Below, one piece after another: positions 1 through 11,400 of a stretch of DNA of 64,000 bases. The DNA lies in the NCBI GenBank assembly GCA_965153355.1, contig OZ231126.1, positions 41,540,001 through 41,604,000 on the forward strand. Direction: 5' to 3'. The stretch is from Flaccisagitta enflata (lineage: Eukaryota). A program made the position numbers and the translations under genes. How positions within the stretch are numbered: position 1 is the stretch's first letter; the number at the start of each line of letters is the position of its first letter. The notes under the pieces were generated by a model. The model searched no databases and had not been told where the DNA came from. It worked only from the letters and a program-made list of their open reading frames with translations.

Positions 1-312
1 GCTAGGGAGCGTAACTATGTGTGATAGCCCTGTGATGCTCCCTAGCAACTGCCAAACGAGCAATATTCTAACAGTACACATGGTGGGAAAGTTGTAGCAA
101 ATTTTATTTTAAACAATGTTCCCTCTAAAAATTTCTCAAAATATTGGTACTTTAGTGTGAATACATGGAAATGTGTTTCTATGGCAACCAATACCCATGG
201 GCAATAAAACATTATCTTGTTTTTGTTTGTATTCCAAATATCAGTCTCTTAAATTTATCTGTTTTCCTGTGATGAATTCCCCCGCATTTCCAAGTCTAGA
301 CGACATCTACTG
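1..312. mobile_element. Right half of a Tc1/mariner-like fold-back MITE
   Basis: Matches 19941-20238; ends ...CTAGACGACATCTACTG followed by TA. Confidence 0.85.
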
Positions 313-1334
313 TATCTAATGGGGAACTAGGAGTGGTGCGCGGATACCCCAGTCGCATGCGGTTGGGCAGGGCCCGTAGTTGAGGTCATCAGATCATTTG
401 GGCAGGAGCGGTGAGGCCAAAAACCCTAAAAAATTAAAGTATGACCGACAGACCGACGGACCGACGGACCAACAGACCGACGGACCAACAGACCGACAGA
501 GCGGGGTGAAGAGTCGCGTAGCACGCGACTAAAAATGGTGCACATGTGAATGCAGAGGTCATTGACCTCTTCATGGCAGCTGCCAAAAGAGAGAAGGAAA
601 GATGTTTCTGCGTATGCAAGTGCATGTGTGTGTTTGTGTCTGTGTGCGTGTGCGATATGGAAGGCTTGTGTGAAGGGGGGGGCGAGCCTTCTTTCTTTCC
701 TTCTCTCCTTTAGCATATCTTTCTCTTTTGAGAAAAAATGATCTAAAGCTTACAGAAGCATTCTTCATCAATTATCTCATTCATCTCTCACATCCATACT
801 CTTTATAATTGTATTTGTAATTGTAGCTTTATATCGAATAGGAGAGATAACTTTTTTATATTTGTAAAATGGAGCACGCGACTGTGGCCCTGTTAGGGTT
901 GTTATTCCTTAATTTTTCTCATTCTTTATTTACTTTTTTCCGTTTTTCTATTTATTCTTTCTTGTCGCGTGCTACGCAACTCTACACCCCGCTTTTACGA
1001 TCCGTCAGTCCGTCGGTCCGTCCGTGAGACTATACTTCCTTTTGGTTTTTGCGGTTTTTGCCTTTCCGCTCCTGCCCAAATGATCAAGCAACCTCATATA
1101 CAGCCCCTGCCCACCTGCACACGACTGGGGTAGCCGTGTGTCCGGCCTTGTTCTTCTTTTTAGTTGCAGACTGGCGACTCAATAACAGGCTTTGTCTGTT
1201 TGTCGGTCCATCAGTCTGTTGGTTCATTGGTTCATTAGTCTGTGATGATAGGTAGTTGATAAGTGCGAAAACGCGCGTTTAAGGTAATACGGTTGCGTGT
1301 ATATGGAATGTGTGTGTGGAATGGGTTTGTATTA

Positions 1335-1748
1335 GGGTGAACTAAATCTTGGTCAAATCTGAATCTTGTCTTCCTCGCAGGAGAAACGTGACCAAACTGA
1401 CCATTTCCATCATAGAGAATGACTTTAATTTTGGTGAGGATAAGATTAAGTTTACTCACCCCACCTTTCTCATTTTAAACAAGACCGGATACACCGGATA
1501 CACAGGTGGGCAGGAGCGGAAATGTGCGTTTTCACACATACCAACTCGATCATTACGGACCAACGGACCAACGGACGGATGGACAAAGCCTCTCATAGAG
1601 TTGCGTGTCCGCAAGTAAAAATAAGGAACCTAAATAGCCAACATCTTTCCCATTAATTTTCTATGGATCACATTATCTGTGATGGAAATGGACACATTTC
1701 TCCTGCAAGGAAGAAAAGATTCGAGTTTTACCATATTTTCAGTCACCC
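1335..1748. mobile_element. TA-flanked MITE (GGGTGACTGAAAATATGG family) containing a nested HINE
   Basis: ~80-bp imperfect TIRs, TA flanks; same family as 24882-26022. Confidence 0.75.
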
Positions 1749-4700
1749 TAGTTTGTATGCCCCTGCTCACCTGACCGCAACCATATTGTAACCCTCTTCA
1801 CTTGTTCTGTTTCTTCTTCCTGTTTTTCTTTTCCTCTTTCTGTTTATTTTCTTTTTCTTTTTCTTTTCTGTTTCTTTTTAGTTGCGGACACGCAAATCTA
1901 AAAGAGCCTTTGTCCGTCCGTCCGTTGGTCCGTCCGTTGGTCTGTCTGTCAGCACGAGTCGAAAAGTGTGAAAACGCGCATTTCCGCCCCTGCCCACCCG
2001 TCTGCAACTGGTATGGCGGCCGTGTATCCGGCCTTTGTTTTTTTTCTGTTTACCCTTTTTGGGCAGCGGTCCTGAAGGGGTCGATGACCTATGCTTTCAC
2101 ACATGGGGAAATTTCTCCTACACTCTTTTCAGTTAATAAGGACCAGTCACTGAATCACGAACTATGAGCTGGAAATGAATCCAGTAAAGCCTCATTCCAC
2201 TGAAGCACGACGTCGTGCTTCAGTGGAATTGAAATTTGTGCTTCAGTGGATTGACTCTTGACCTCTTTTTCTATTGCAATGAAACAAAAAGTCAATCCAG
2301 TATCTATGATTGGTCACTACAAATTATTTGAGTGCAATTTTGAACATTTTTATTTCTTTTATTCAAAAAAAGATAGGTTTTTCATTTTGTCATGACTTGT
2401 TATCTTTGGAAAATTTCTTTTATTTTTTTTTATTTTTTTAAAGTTTTTTTTTTCACGACAACAACTTTTTCCTATCACATAAACTTATGTCTTTATGAAA
2501 GAAAATCAGTTTTCCCACATTAAGTTCTTATTGTGATATAAACTTAGTAGACGTAAAAAGATATTTTGCTCTTGATATCAGCATTCTATTATTGAGTAAG
2601 TCTACTCAGATGAAGAGAAAAAGTAAGAGGTAAAAAGAAAGGAGATGATTTCTTTAGATGAAAGTAAATGAAGATGACTTTGACTATCGTTGCTTCAACA
2701 AAAAAACAGTTATTTCCAATTCCACTGAAGCTCGAATTGCATAAAGGACTAGTTAGTCTTCATTCCACTGAAGCACGACGTCATGCTTCAGTGGAAATGA
2801 TTTTAACTTAAGCCCAATTTTCATGATTAAATGGTTGCCTGGAAAAATTCTTCTGAGGCTGAGATGTCTTTAAATTTTTGCAGATTTAAGGCTGAAATGT
2901 TTTAAAAATATCCTTAATTTTTTTTATGTAGTTCTAAATCCTTAAATGAATAAGTAGAGATTGACCTTACATCCGGAATCTGAGTCCTGGTGAATTTTCC
3001 GATTTCTCTTTTTAATGCGGCCGGGCCAGACACTGCTCTGGATCTCCACCACTAACTTTAAACTAGGATTACTGCCACTTTTTTCATGGTTTCTGGTGGT
3101 TCAGCCCATGTATAATCCATGTCAAAAGGTTTCAAAATAATTCCAAGAGCGCCTTTTTTTTAATTTTCATTTTTTTCTGGGTGGTTGGTACAGGCCATAA
3201 AACTTTCCCTTTTCTGGACAATATCCCTTGTTTTGCTTATAACTTTTAAACGCTTAAAGTTAGAAATGCCAGATTGGTCCCATTTTGAAGATCTTTTCAA
3301 GTTCTTTCCAACCGTCACCAATTTGTTTGAAATCCATTGAAAAACAACCGAGTTATATGCTGTCAAACATGAGCAATGTTATGGAGATTTTGAACGGTTT
3401 TCCAGATCATTGAATTTTTCTTCCATTTTCTTTATTTCACTTGTTTTGCTCACAACTTTTGAACGAATAAAGCTAGAAATGCCAGATTGGTCTCATTTGA
3501 AAGATCTTCTCAAGATCTTTCAAACCGTCACCTATTTTTTGTAAATTCCTTGAAAAGCCCTCTCTTTATAGGCTGTCAAACATAGGCATTGTCATGGGGA
3601 TTTCCGAGGATTTTCCCACCATCAGTTTTTTCATGGTCTCATCCTGTTTTTACATGTATTCTCGAATATCTGCAAGGGGCTTTGTCTCTTGGCTAGCCTG
3701 CTGATTTTTCCAATGGTTAATCTGTCCAACTGTCAGTTCATCTATCATGGAGATTGTGAAACATTGAAAAATAGCAGCCCAAAGGCAGTAAGTGGTCAGC
3801 GGAACCCGTGCCCTGCTTGAGATTTGCGTGATTTAAGTTGAAAGGGAGCAGGGCAGCGGCCCTGAAGGGGACGAAGTCCTGTAGAATACAGGGGAATCTG
3901 TCTGTCAGTCCGTCCATCCGTCCGTTCATCCCCCCCACCCGATCCTCAGGGGTTTGTCTCCTTTGGGGCCTATTCTGACCCAAATTCTGCCAAATAGCCT
4001 AAATCCAAGCAATATGGCCCAAATCTAAGCAAAATGGCCCAAATCCAAGCATTACGACCCAAATACAAGCAAAATGGCCCAAAACTGGTCAGAATCTAGG
4101 TATCAGAGGCCACTATTTAGATCTTAGGGGCCAGAATAATGTACCTTGGGCTAGATATGGGCTATTTTGCTTGGATTTGGGCCATTATACTGGATTTGGG
4201 CCATTTTGCTTAGATTTGGGCCATATTGCTTGGATTTAGGCTATTTGGCAGAATTTGGGTCAGAATAGGCCCCAAAGGAGACGAAGCCCTGAGGATGGGG
4301 CGGGGGGATGGACGGACGGATGTACATACGGACGGACAGATTCCCCCCTTGTTCTACAGGACTTCGTCCCCTTCAGAGACGCTGCCCAAAAATGAGCAGA
4401 CTTATTGGGCAGCGGTCTCAAAGGGCCGATGTCCTGTAGGACACAGGGGGAATTCTGTCCATCTATCCTTCTGTCCATCCGTCTGTCCTTCCGTCCCCCC
4501 CCTTGGCCATCCATCCGTCTGTCCTTCCGTCCCCCCCCTTGGCCATGGAAGCCTCAACTCTGCAGTCTCAGGCCTGATTTTGGCCCTCTGAGCCCTTAAA
4601 TTAGCCCTTTGAGACCTCAATTTAGCCCTTGAGAGCTCATATCAGCTCTCCAGACTTCATATCTGCCCTCAAGACCTTAAATCAGCCCTCCGGACCTCAA

Positions 4701-6884
4701 ATCCGCCCTCCAGACCTCAAATCAACTCACGCCTGCCCCCCTAATCTCCAATTGAATATCACGGAAAATTGCTCAAAAGGCCCCAAAATTGCACTTCCAC
4801 GATGGAAGGACATAAATAATTTTTGCCCTTGTCATACAGGACATTGACCCTTTAGGGCCGCTGCCCTGCTCTCACTCCACTACTTAACTTGATCCCTCAA
4901 AGCAGGGCATCGGGTACCACTGACCATGTGCGATCCTTGGATGACTAGTTTCATGGTCTAATCCTGTTTTTATATGCATTCTTGCATTCATTGGGTTTTG
5001 TCTCTTGGCAAGTCTGTTGATTTTTCCAATGGTTAATCCATCCAACTGTCGGTTCATCTATCAGGGATATTGTGAAACATTGCAAAAAAATGAGCAGAAA
5101 ATATCCTCCTATTTTTGGCAGCAGCCCCAAAGTGCCGATGTCCTGTAGAACACAGGGGAATTTCCAGACGTCCGTCCTTATGTCCGTCCTTCCTTCCGGC
5201 TTTCTGTCCCTCCCCCATTAGCCATCATGGCCTCAAATTTGCCCTCCCAGCCCTTAATTTAGTGCTCCAGGCCTCGAGTTGGCCTTCCAGGCCTCAAGTT
5301 GGCCTTCCAGGCTTCATAACCGCCCCCCAGCTTCAGATCTGACCTCCAGACCTCAAATCTGCCCTCTAGAACTTCAATTAGCCATCCAAGCATCAAATCA
5401 GCCCTCCAAAGCTCAAATCTGCCTACCAAACCTCAAAGCTGCTCTCCAAATCTTAATTCTGCCCTCCAGCCTTCAAAAATGCCTTCAGTGGCCTAAATCA
5501 GTCATGTAAAGCCTGAAATATGCCCTCTCAGGGCATTGATAATTCTCCCCTGTGGTCTACAGGACATTGGCCTTTCAGGGCCGCTGCCCTGCTTTCACTC
5601 CACTTCTTCACTGGATCACTCCTAGCAGGGCATTGGGTACTATGACCATGTGCCATGTGACAGATCTTCGAGTTTTTAAGTAGTTGCCTGAGCGGGGGTC
5701 ATGACTCCAGGCCACACATATGGGGATTTTCTCCTCTCCTTCATGTCTCGTAGCTCCCCAGCCTCCAGGCCCATATCTCAGCCTGGAGGCCTATATCCCA
5801 GCCTCCAGCCCAAAATCCTGTCTTGAGGCCTAAACCACCTCAAGGCTCTATCCCAACCTCAAGGCCAAGGCCCAGATTCTACTCTGTTAGGGATTTGGGC
5901 CTCAAGACTGGGATTTGGGCCTGGAGGCTGGGATATGGGCCTCCAGGCTGGGAGATGGGCCTCCAGGCTGAGATATGGGCCTGGAGGCTGGGGGAGGGGG
6001 GTGCGGACATGAAGGAGGAGTTGAGCATTCATCTCTACATGTGTGAAAGACAGGCCATCTGCACTTTGGGGCCGCTTTTCTGCCCTGCTCCCCTTAACTT
6101 CAACCACAACCTACTTAAGCAGGGCACGGTAACCATATCGCTGACCATCTAACGCTTTTTTGACTATCTTTCATATGGGGGATTTCCTCCTTCTCCTCCG
6201 TCCTCCCCTCTTACTCAGATTCTAGTTTTAGTGTCAAATCCTAGCCAAGGCCCAAATCCCAAAGCCTCAAGGCCCAAATCCCAGTCTTGGGGCTTCAAGG
6301 ATGGGATTTGGGTCCCGAGGCGGAGATTTGGGCCCTAAGGGCTAGATTTAAGTCTCAGGCTGGGACTTGGGGTCTGAAGGCTGGGATCAGCTCAAGGCTG
6401 ATTCAGCCCTGAGGCAGGATCTGAGCTGTAGGGGGGAGGTAAAAGAAGAAGAAAGAGAAAATCACCAATATGTGTGAAAGCATAGGTCATCGACCCCTTT
6501 GAGGCCGCTACCCAAAAGAGCAGATTTAGGGCTTGAGAGGGCAGATCTCAGGCCTGATAGAGTAGATTTCAGGCCTGATAGGGTAGATTTCAGAACTGAT
6601 AGGGCAGATTCTAGGCCCAAGAGGGCTGAAGGTGACAGGTAGACAAACAAACAGAAAAATGAACAGGATGGAATCGGCTGGGGGGGCTGATATAAAGCGT
6701 GGAAGGCTGATTTGAGGCCTGGAGGGCTAAATTGAGGGCTGGGAGGGCAAATTTGAGGCCTTTGTTGGGTAAGGGATAGAAGACGGATGGAAGGAAGGAT
6801 AGACACCTGAAATTTCCTCTGTCGATAAAGACATTGGTCCTTTGGCGCCGTCACACCCAAAAAGTGAGATGTTTTCTGTTTGTT

Positions 6885-8837
6885 TTTAGTTGGGTGTGCA
6901 CGCGACTTACATCCCGCTCTGTCTGGCTGGTCTGTCCGTCGGTCGGTCGGTAACACTTGCTTTTTTCATTTTTTGCCGTTTGGAGTTATTTCTGAGCCAT
7001 TTTTTTGTTCGTTTTGGGTAACTATTGGTTAGCTTTAGTATTTTTGGTTATTTTTGGTTATTTTTGGTCATTTTGGTCATTTTGGTCATTTTGGTCATTT
7101 TATTTATTTTGGTCATTTTAATATTTTTGGTCATTTTTGATTATTTATGGTCATTTTTGGTCAATTTTGGTCATTTCCAGGTCATTTAGGTCATTTTGGT
7201 CATTTTTATCATTTTAATACTTTGGTCATTTTATTACATTAGCTGGCTTTGGCTGTTTTGGTCATTTTTGGTCATTTTTGGTCATCTTCCGTCATCTTTG
7301 GTCATTTTGGTCAATTTGGTCATTTTGGTCATTTTTGGTCATTTTTGGTCATTTTTGGGCAGCGGCCCCAAAGGGCCGATGTCCTGTAGAACACAGGGGG
7401 GAATTTCCATACGTCCGTCCGTCCGTCCGTCCTTCCGTCCCCCCCCCCCCGTTGGCCATCAAGGCCTCAAATTTGCCCTCCCAGCCCTAAATTTAGCCCT
7501 CCAGGCCTCAAATCAGCCTTCTAGGCTTCAAATCAGCCCCCCCCCCCGCCTCAAATCTGACCTACAGACCTCAGATCTGCCCTCCAGACCTTCAACTAGG
7601 CCTCCAAGCATCAAATCAGCCCTCTGTGGCTCAAATTTGCCCTCCAAACCTCAAATCCACTCTCAAAGCCTCAATTCTGCCCTCCAGCCTTCAAATATGC
7701 CTTCTTTGGCCTGAATCAGTCATCTATTGCCAGAAATGTGCCTCCTCAGGACGTATGGAAATTCCCCCCTGTGTTCTACAGGACATCGGCCCGTTGGGGC
7801 CGCTGCCCTGCTCTCACTCCACTTCTTCACTGGATCACTCCCAGCAGGGCATCGGGTACCGCTGACCATGTGCGATCCTTGGATGACTAGTTAGTCATTT
7901 TAATGGTCTTTGGTCTTTTATCCTTCTTGGTCATTTTGGTCATTTTGGTCATTTTGGTCATTTTTGGTCATTTTTGGTCATTTTGATTATTTTGGCTGGC
8001 TTGGTCATTTCTGGCTTCAGTCTTGGCTTTTGGTCATTAGTCATTTTAATATTTGTTCTATTGGTCATTTTTGGGTTTGTCTTTTGACATTTTTGGTTAA
8101 AGTCCCTGTTTGAGAAGTCTGGTTAAAGTATGCTATTGAAGTCTGCTGGTTAAAGTCTGCTGGTTAAAGTCTGCTGGTTAAGTCTGGTTGGTTAAATTCT
8201 AATGGTTAAAGTCTGTTGGTTGAAGTCTGCTGGTTAGTCTGATGGTTAAAGTCTGCTGGTTTCAATCTGCTGGTTTGGGCTGGTGCTGGGTTAAGTTCTG
8301 GTTGGGTTTAACACCCAATGGTTTAAGTCTGCTGGTCTAATATTCATCTGTTTAAGTCTGTTGAAATGATATTAAAGATAAGTATGGTTTAAGTCTGGTT
8401 TAAGTCTGGTTTAAGTCTGGTTAAAGTCTGGTTTAAGTCTGGTGTGAGTCTGGTTCATGTCTGGTTTAAGACTGGTTCATGTCTGATTTATGTCTGATTT
8501 AGGTCTGGGTATAGTTCGGCGATCTGGCTATTAGATAACGGTTCAATTAGGTTCAATTAATTAATTAATAATCTCGAATATAGGTTTGGTTCGGATACTG
8601 CTACAACCGACTTTCCAATGCGGTTATTATCGATTATTTTTTTTCACAAACTGACATTTTTTTTTGCATGATGTAAAATTGTTGATCATCTAAGAATAGC
8701 GATAATGTTTGGAGGAAAAAAAATGATACATTTGTTTAGTTCTAGTTTCTCATTTATATTTGATTCATTTCTGCATATAATCTTTGAAAAAGAATAAGAA
8801 AATGATCACTAGATATGATGGATGCATATGTCAAGAG

Positions 8838-8918
<81 letters not shown>

Positions 8919-9598
8919 TAGACATACAGACAGACCGAGACTGATAGACACACAGACAGACCGATACAGATAGACACACAGACAGACAGATAGAATGATG
9001 AACAGATCGACGAAGAGAAAAGCAAAGTTTACAGGCGACTTTCTGGTAGGAGGAAGAAGAGGAGAAGAGAAGAGGAAGAGAAGAGGAAGAGAAGAGACCG
9101 ATTAGAATTTATCAATGAGTAGCAATCGATAATCCAAGATCAGTTATTACTACTTCGTCCAAAGGATAATATAGATACTCGCCATGATTAGGTCTGGGTT
9201 AGGTCTGGTTTAGGTCTGGTGTATGTCTGGTTTTTTTCTGGTTTAAGTATGGTTTAAGTCTGGTTTAAGTCTGGTTTGAGTCTGGTTTGAGTCTGGTTTG
9301 AGTCTGGATTGAGTCTGGATTGAGTCTGGTTTGAGTCTGGTTTGAGTCTGGCTTAAATCTGGTTTATGTCAGGTTTATGTCTGGTTAATGTCTGATTTAG
9401 GTCTGGTTTCGGTCTAGTCTAATTCTGGTTTGAGTCTTGTTTGAGTCTGATTTGAGTCTGGCTTGAGTCTGGTTTGGGTCTGTTTGGGTTGCGTTTAACT
9501 CCTGATTTTCGATGTGCTGGGCTGCCAAAAGATACAATAAGGAGTCAGGTCAGTTCAGTTATTTTTGTCCTGCACGCGACTTATAGGTATTGGCCCTG
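6885..9598 (+). mobile_element. Expanded family-A HINE with 9-10-bp internal arrays
   Basis: 5' end ~6885, 3' end CACGCGACTTATAGGTATTGGCC at ~9573-9596; (TTGGTCATT)n and (AGTCTGGTTT)n arrays; nested elements. Confidence 0.65.
8510..9190 (+). mobile_element. hAT-like non-autonomous element carrying (GA)n/(GACA)n
   Basis: 8-bp TSD GGTCTGGG (8502-8509, 9191-9198); TA..TA termini. Confidence 0.78.
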
Positions 9599-9699
9599 AA
9601 GATGATTTACAACTGGCTTTAAATCGAGGCCTGCATTTTTCGCCACTGCCTTCCAAGATCCATATGGTTCTGATCTCAACAGTGGCGCTGGGTTGATTC

Positions 9700-11400
9700 T
9701 TCAAACAACCTGGCGGACCACTGCAGCAGAGGCATCCAGGCCCATGAAGTCGAAAAATGGCGCCACTCCCATCACGGTCCTGCATTGCTGCCTTTCCCGA
9801 GGGATCAATGGCCAAAGACGTTAACATCGCGACGTGCCCTATTTCTGCACAAGTAGCCGCATTGTATGTGGCTGAAAGTGAAAAGAAACAAGTAATTGAT
9901 GCGATACTTCTTGCAGCAGCTTCTCGGGTAGTACGGATGCATAAGTTGCGGATCATCGGCATGGTTCTTATCGCGGTCAAGGGCGTGAGCGATCCAAGGG
10001 CGAAGACACGAGCAGCAAAGGATTTCCTTCCAACCGGAAGTGACGCGAAGACGCTTTGAGGAGGCGCGCAAACAGCTCAGTTGTCAATGCAGCTGATCAT
10101 TATTCAGACGCCTTCGAACAATTGGAGTTGGGAGAAGTCTTAAAACCAGAGAGTTACCATGACTTCATCATAAAGAATAAAGAGATGAAGAAATTGAATC
10201 CTTTCGTCGACGACGACGGTATTTTTCGCGTCGGCAGCTGATTGGAAAACGTCGGCATCGCACATGATGCTAAATTTCCCTTCATCCTGCCGCCAGTAGA
10301 CGAGAATGAAATCATGACCGCCATTATCATCACAATGATTTTCACGCGGGTGCAAAGCATACATTAGGCTAATTACGCCAATTTGTGTGGATTACAAAAG
10401 GTCTTCAGGCTGTCGAGAGCGTCGTCAACACGCGCTTCAGATGCCAGAAGAACTTCAAAAAGAACGCAAATCAGCAAATGGCCAATCTTCCATCAAATCG
10501 TGTCAATCCTGCGCTTGTCTTTGAAGAGACTGGATTGGATGTCATGGGGCATTTCCTAGTTATGATGAACGGCGGTTGATCACAAGGTGTGGATCGCAGT
10601 GTTCCATCAACTCGCTTCAATCCTGCGCCTGTTTTTACAGAGAATGGCTTGGATATGTCAGCTGATGCGATGGTAAATGCAATCATCCACAGAAAGCAAG
10701 GCGCCCAGGAATCCGCCGTTTCACTCCAGATTGCGGGACGAATCTGGTTGGCGCCAATAATATCCTCAAGAAGGAAATGGAAGCTTGGAACCGCCAATCA
10801 ACTCCCCAATTGCAGCGGCGCTGCCTTCGGTGGGATTTAACACGCCTCGAGAACACTCCCACTATGGTGAGGGTGGGAGAGAATCGCCGCCTTTAAGCGC
10901 CATCTTGCTTGATTTACCATTGCCATCCTCCACGTCGACGCCTTCAACACTGCCGCTGTCGAAGTTGAAGGAATTCTCAATCGCTGGCGGCGCGCGCAGC
11001 GAGCTTTGTATGATATAGGAATCCAATGACTGAGTTTACATCGAATCATATTCAACTATCGATATCCGTCACGCCTTCTAGATCTGGTAACAAGGCAACT
11101 CTGACGCCGTACTGCTACATCTAATGGAGGCGCAAGGCAATCGCAAAGATGCATTTCTGGAAATCGTGAGGTCGAATATTTGCCGCTTCTTTTCACGCAC
11201 ACAAATGGCCAGATCCGAGAAAGACTTCTTATGGGATGACATGGTCATCGCTACACTTGAACGCTGCCTCGCCGCAATTGGAGTTTAGGATGGCCATGGG
11301 CGCGAGGACTGCCCATGTCCGGAGGGCTCACATCCGGCGCCAAGATGGAAAGATCGTGGGATTTAAAGACTGCACGGGGCTGCGGCTGGATTGACTCATA
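9700..11400 (+). mobile_element. Decayed BEL/Pao LTR retrotransposon pol (integrase region)
   Basis: Fragments LNPFVDDDGIFRVGS*L..FPFILP, WITKG, QQMANLPSNRVNP..FEETGLD..GHF, DCGTNLVGANN, FWKS..EYLP, broken by stops and frameshifts. Boundaries approximate. Confidence 0.85.
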
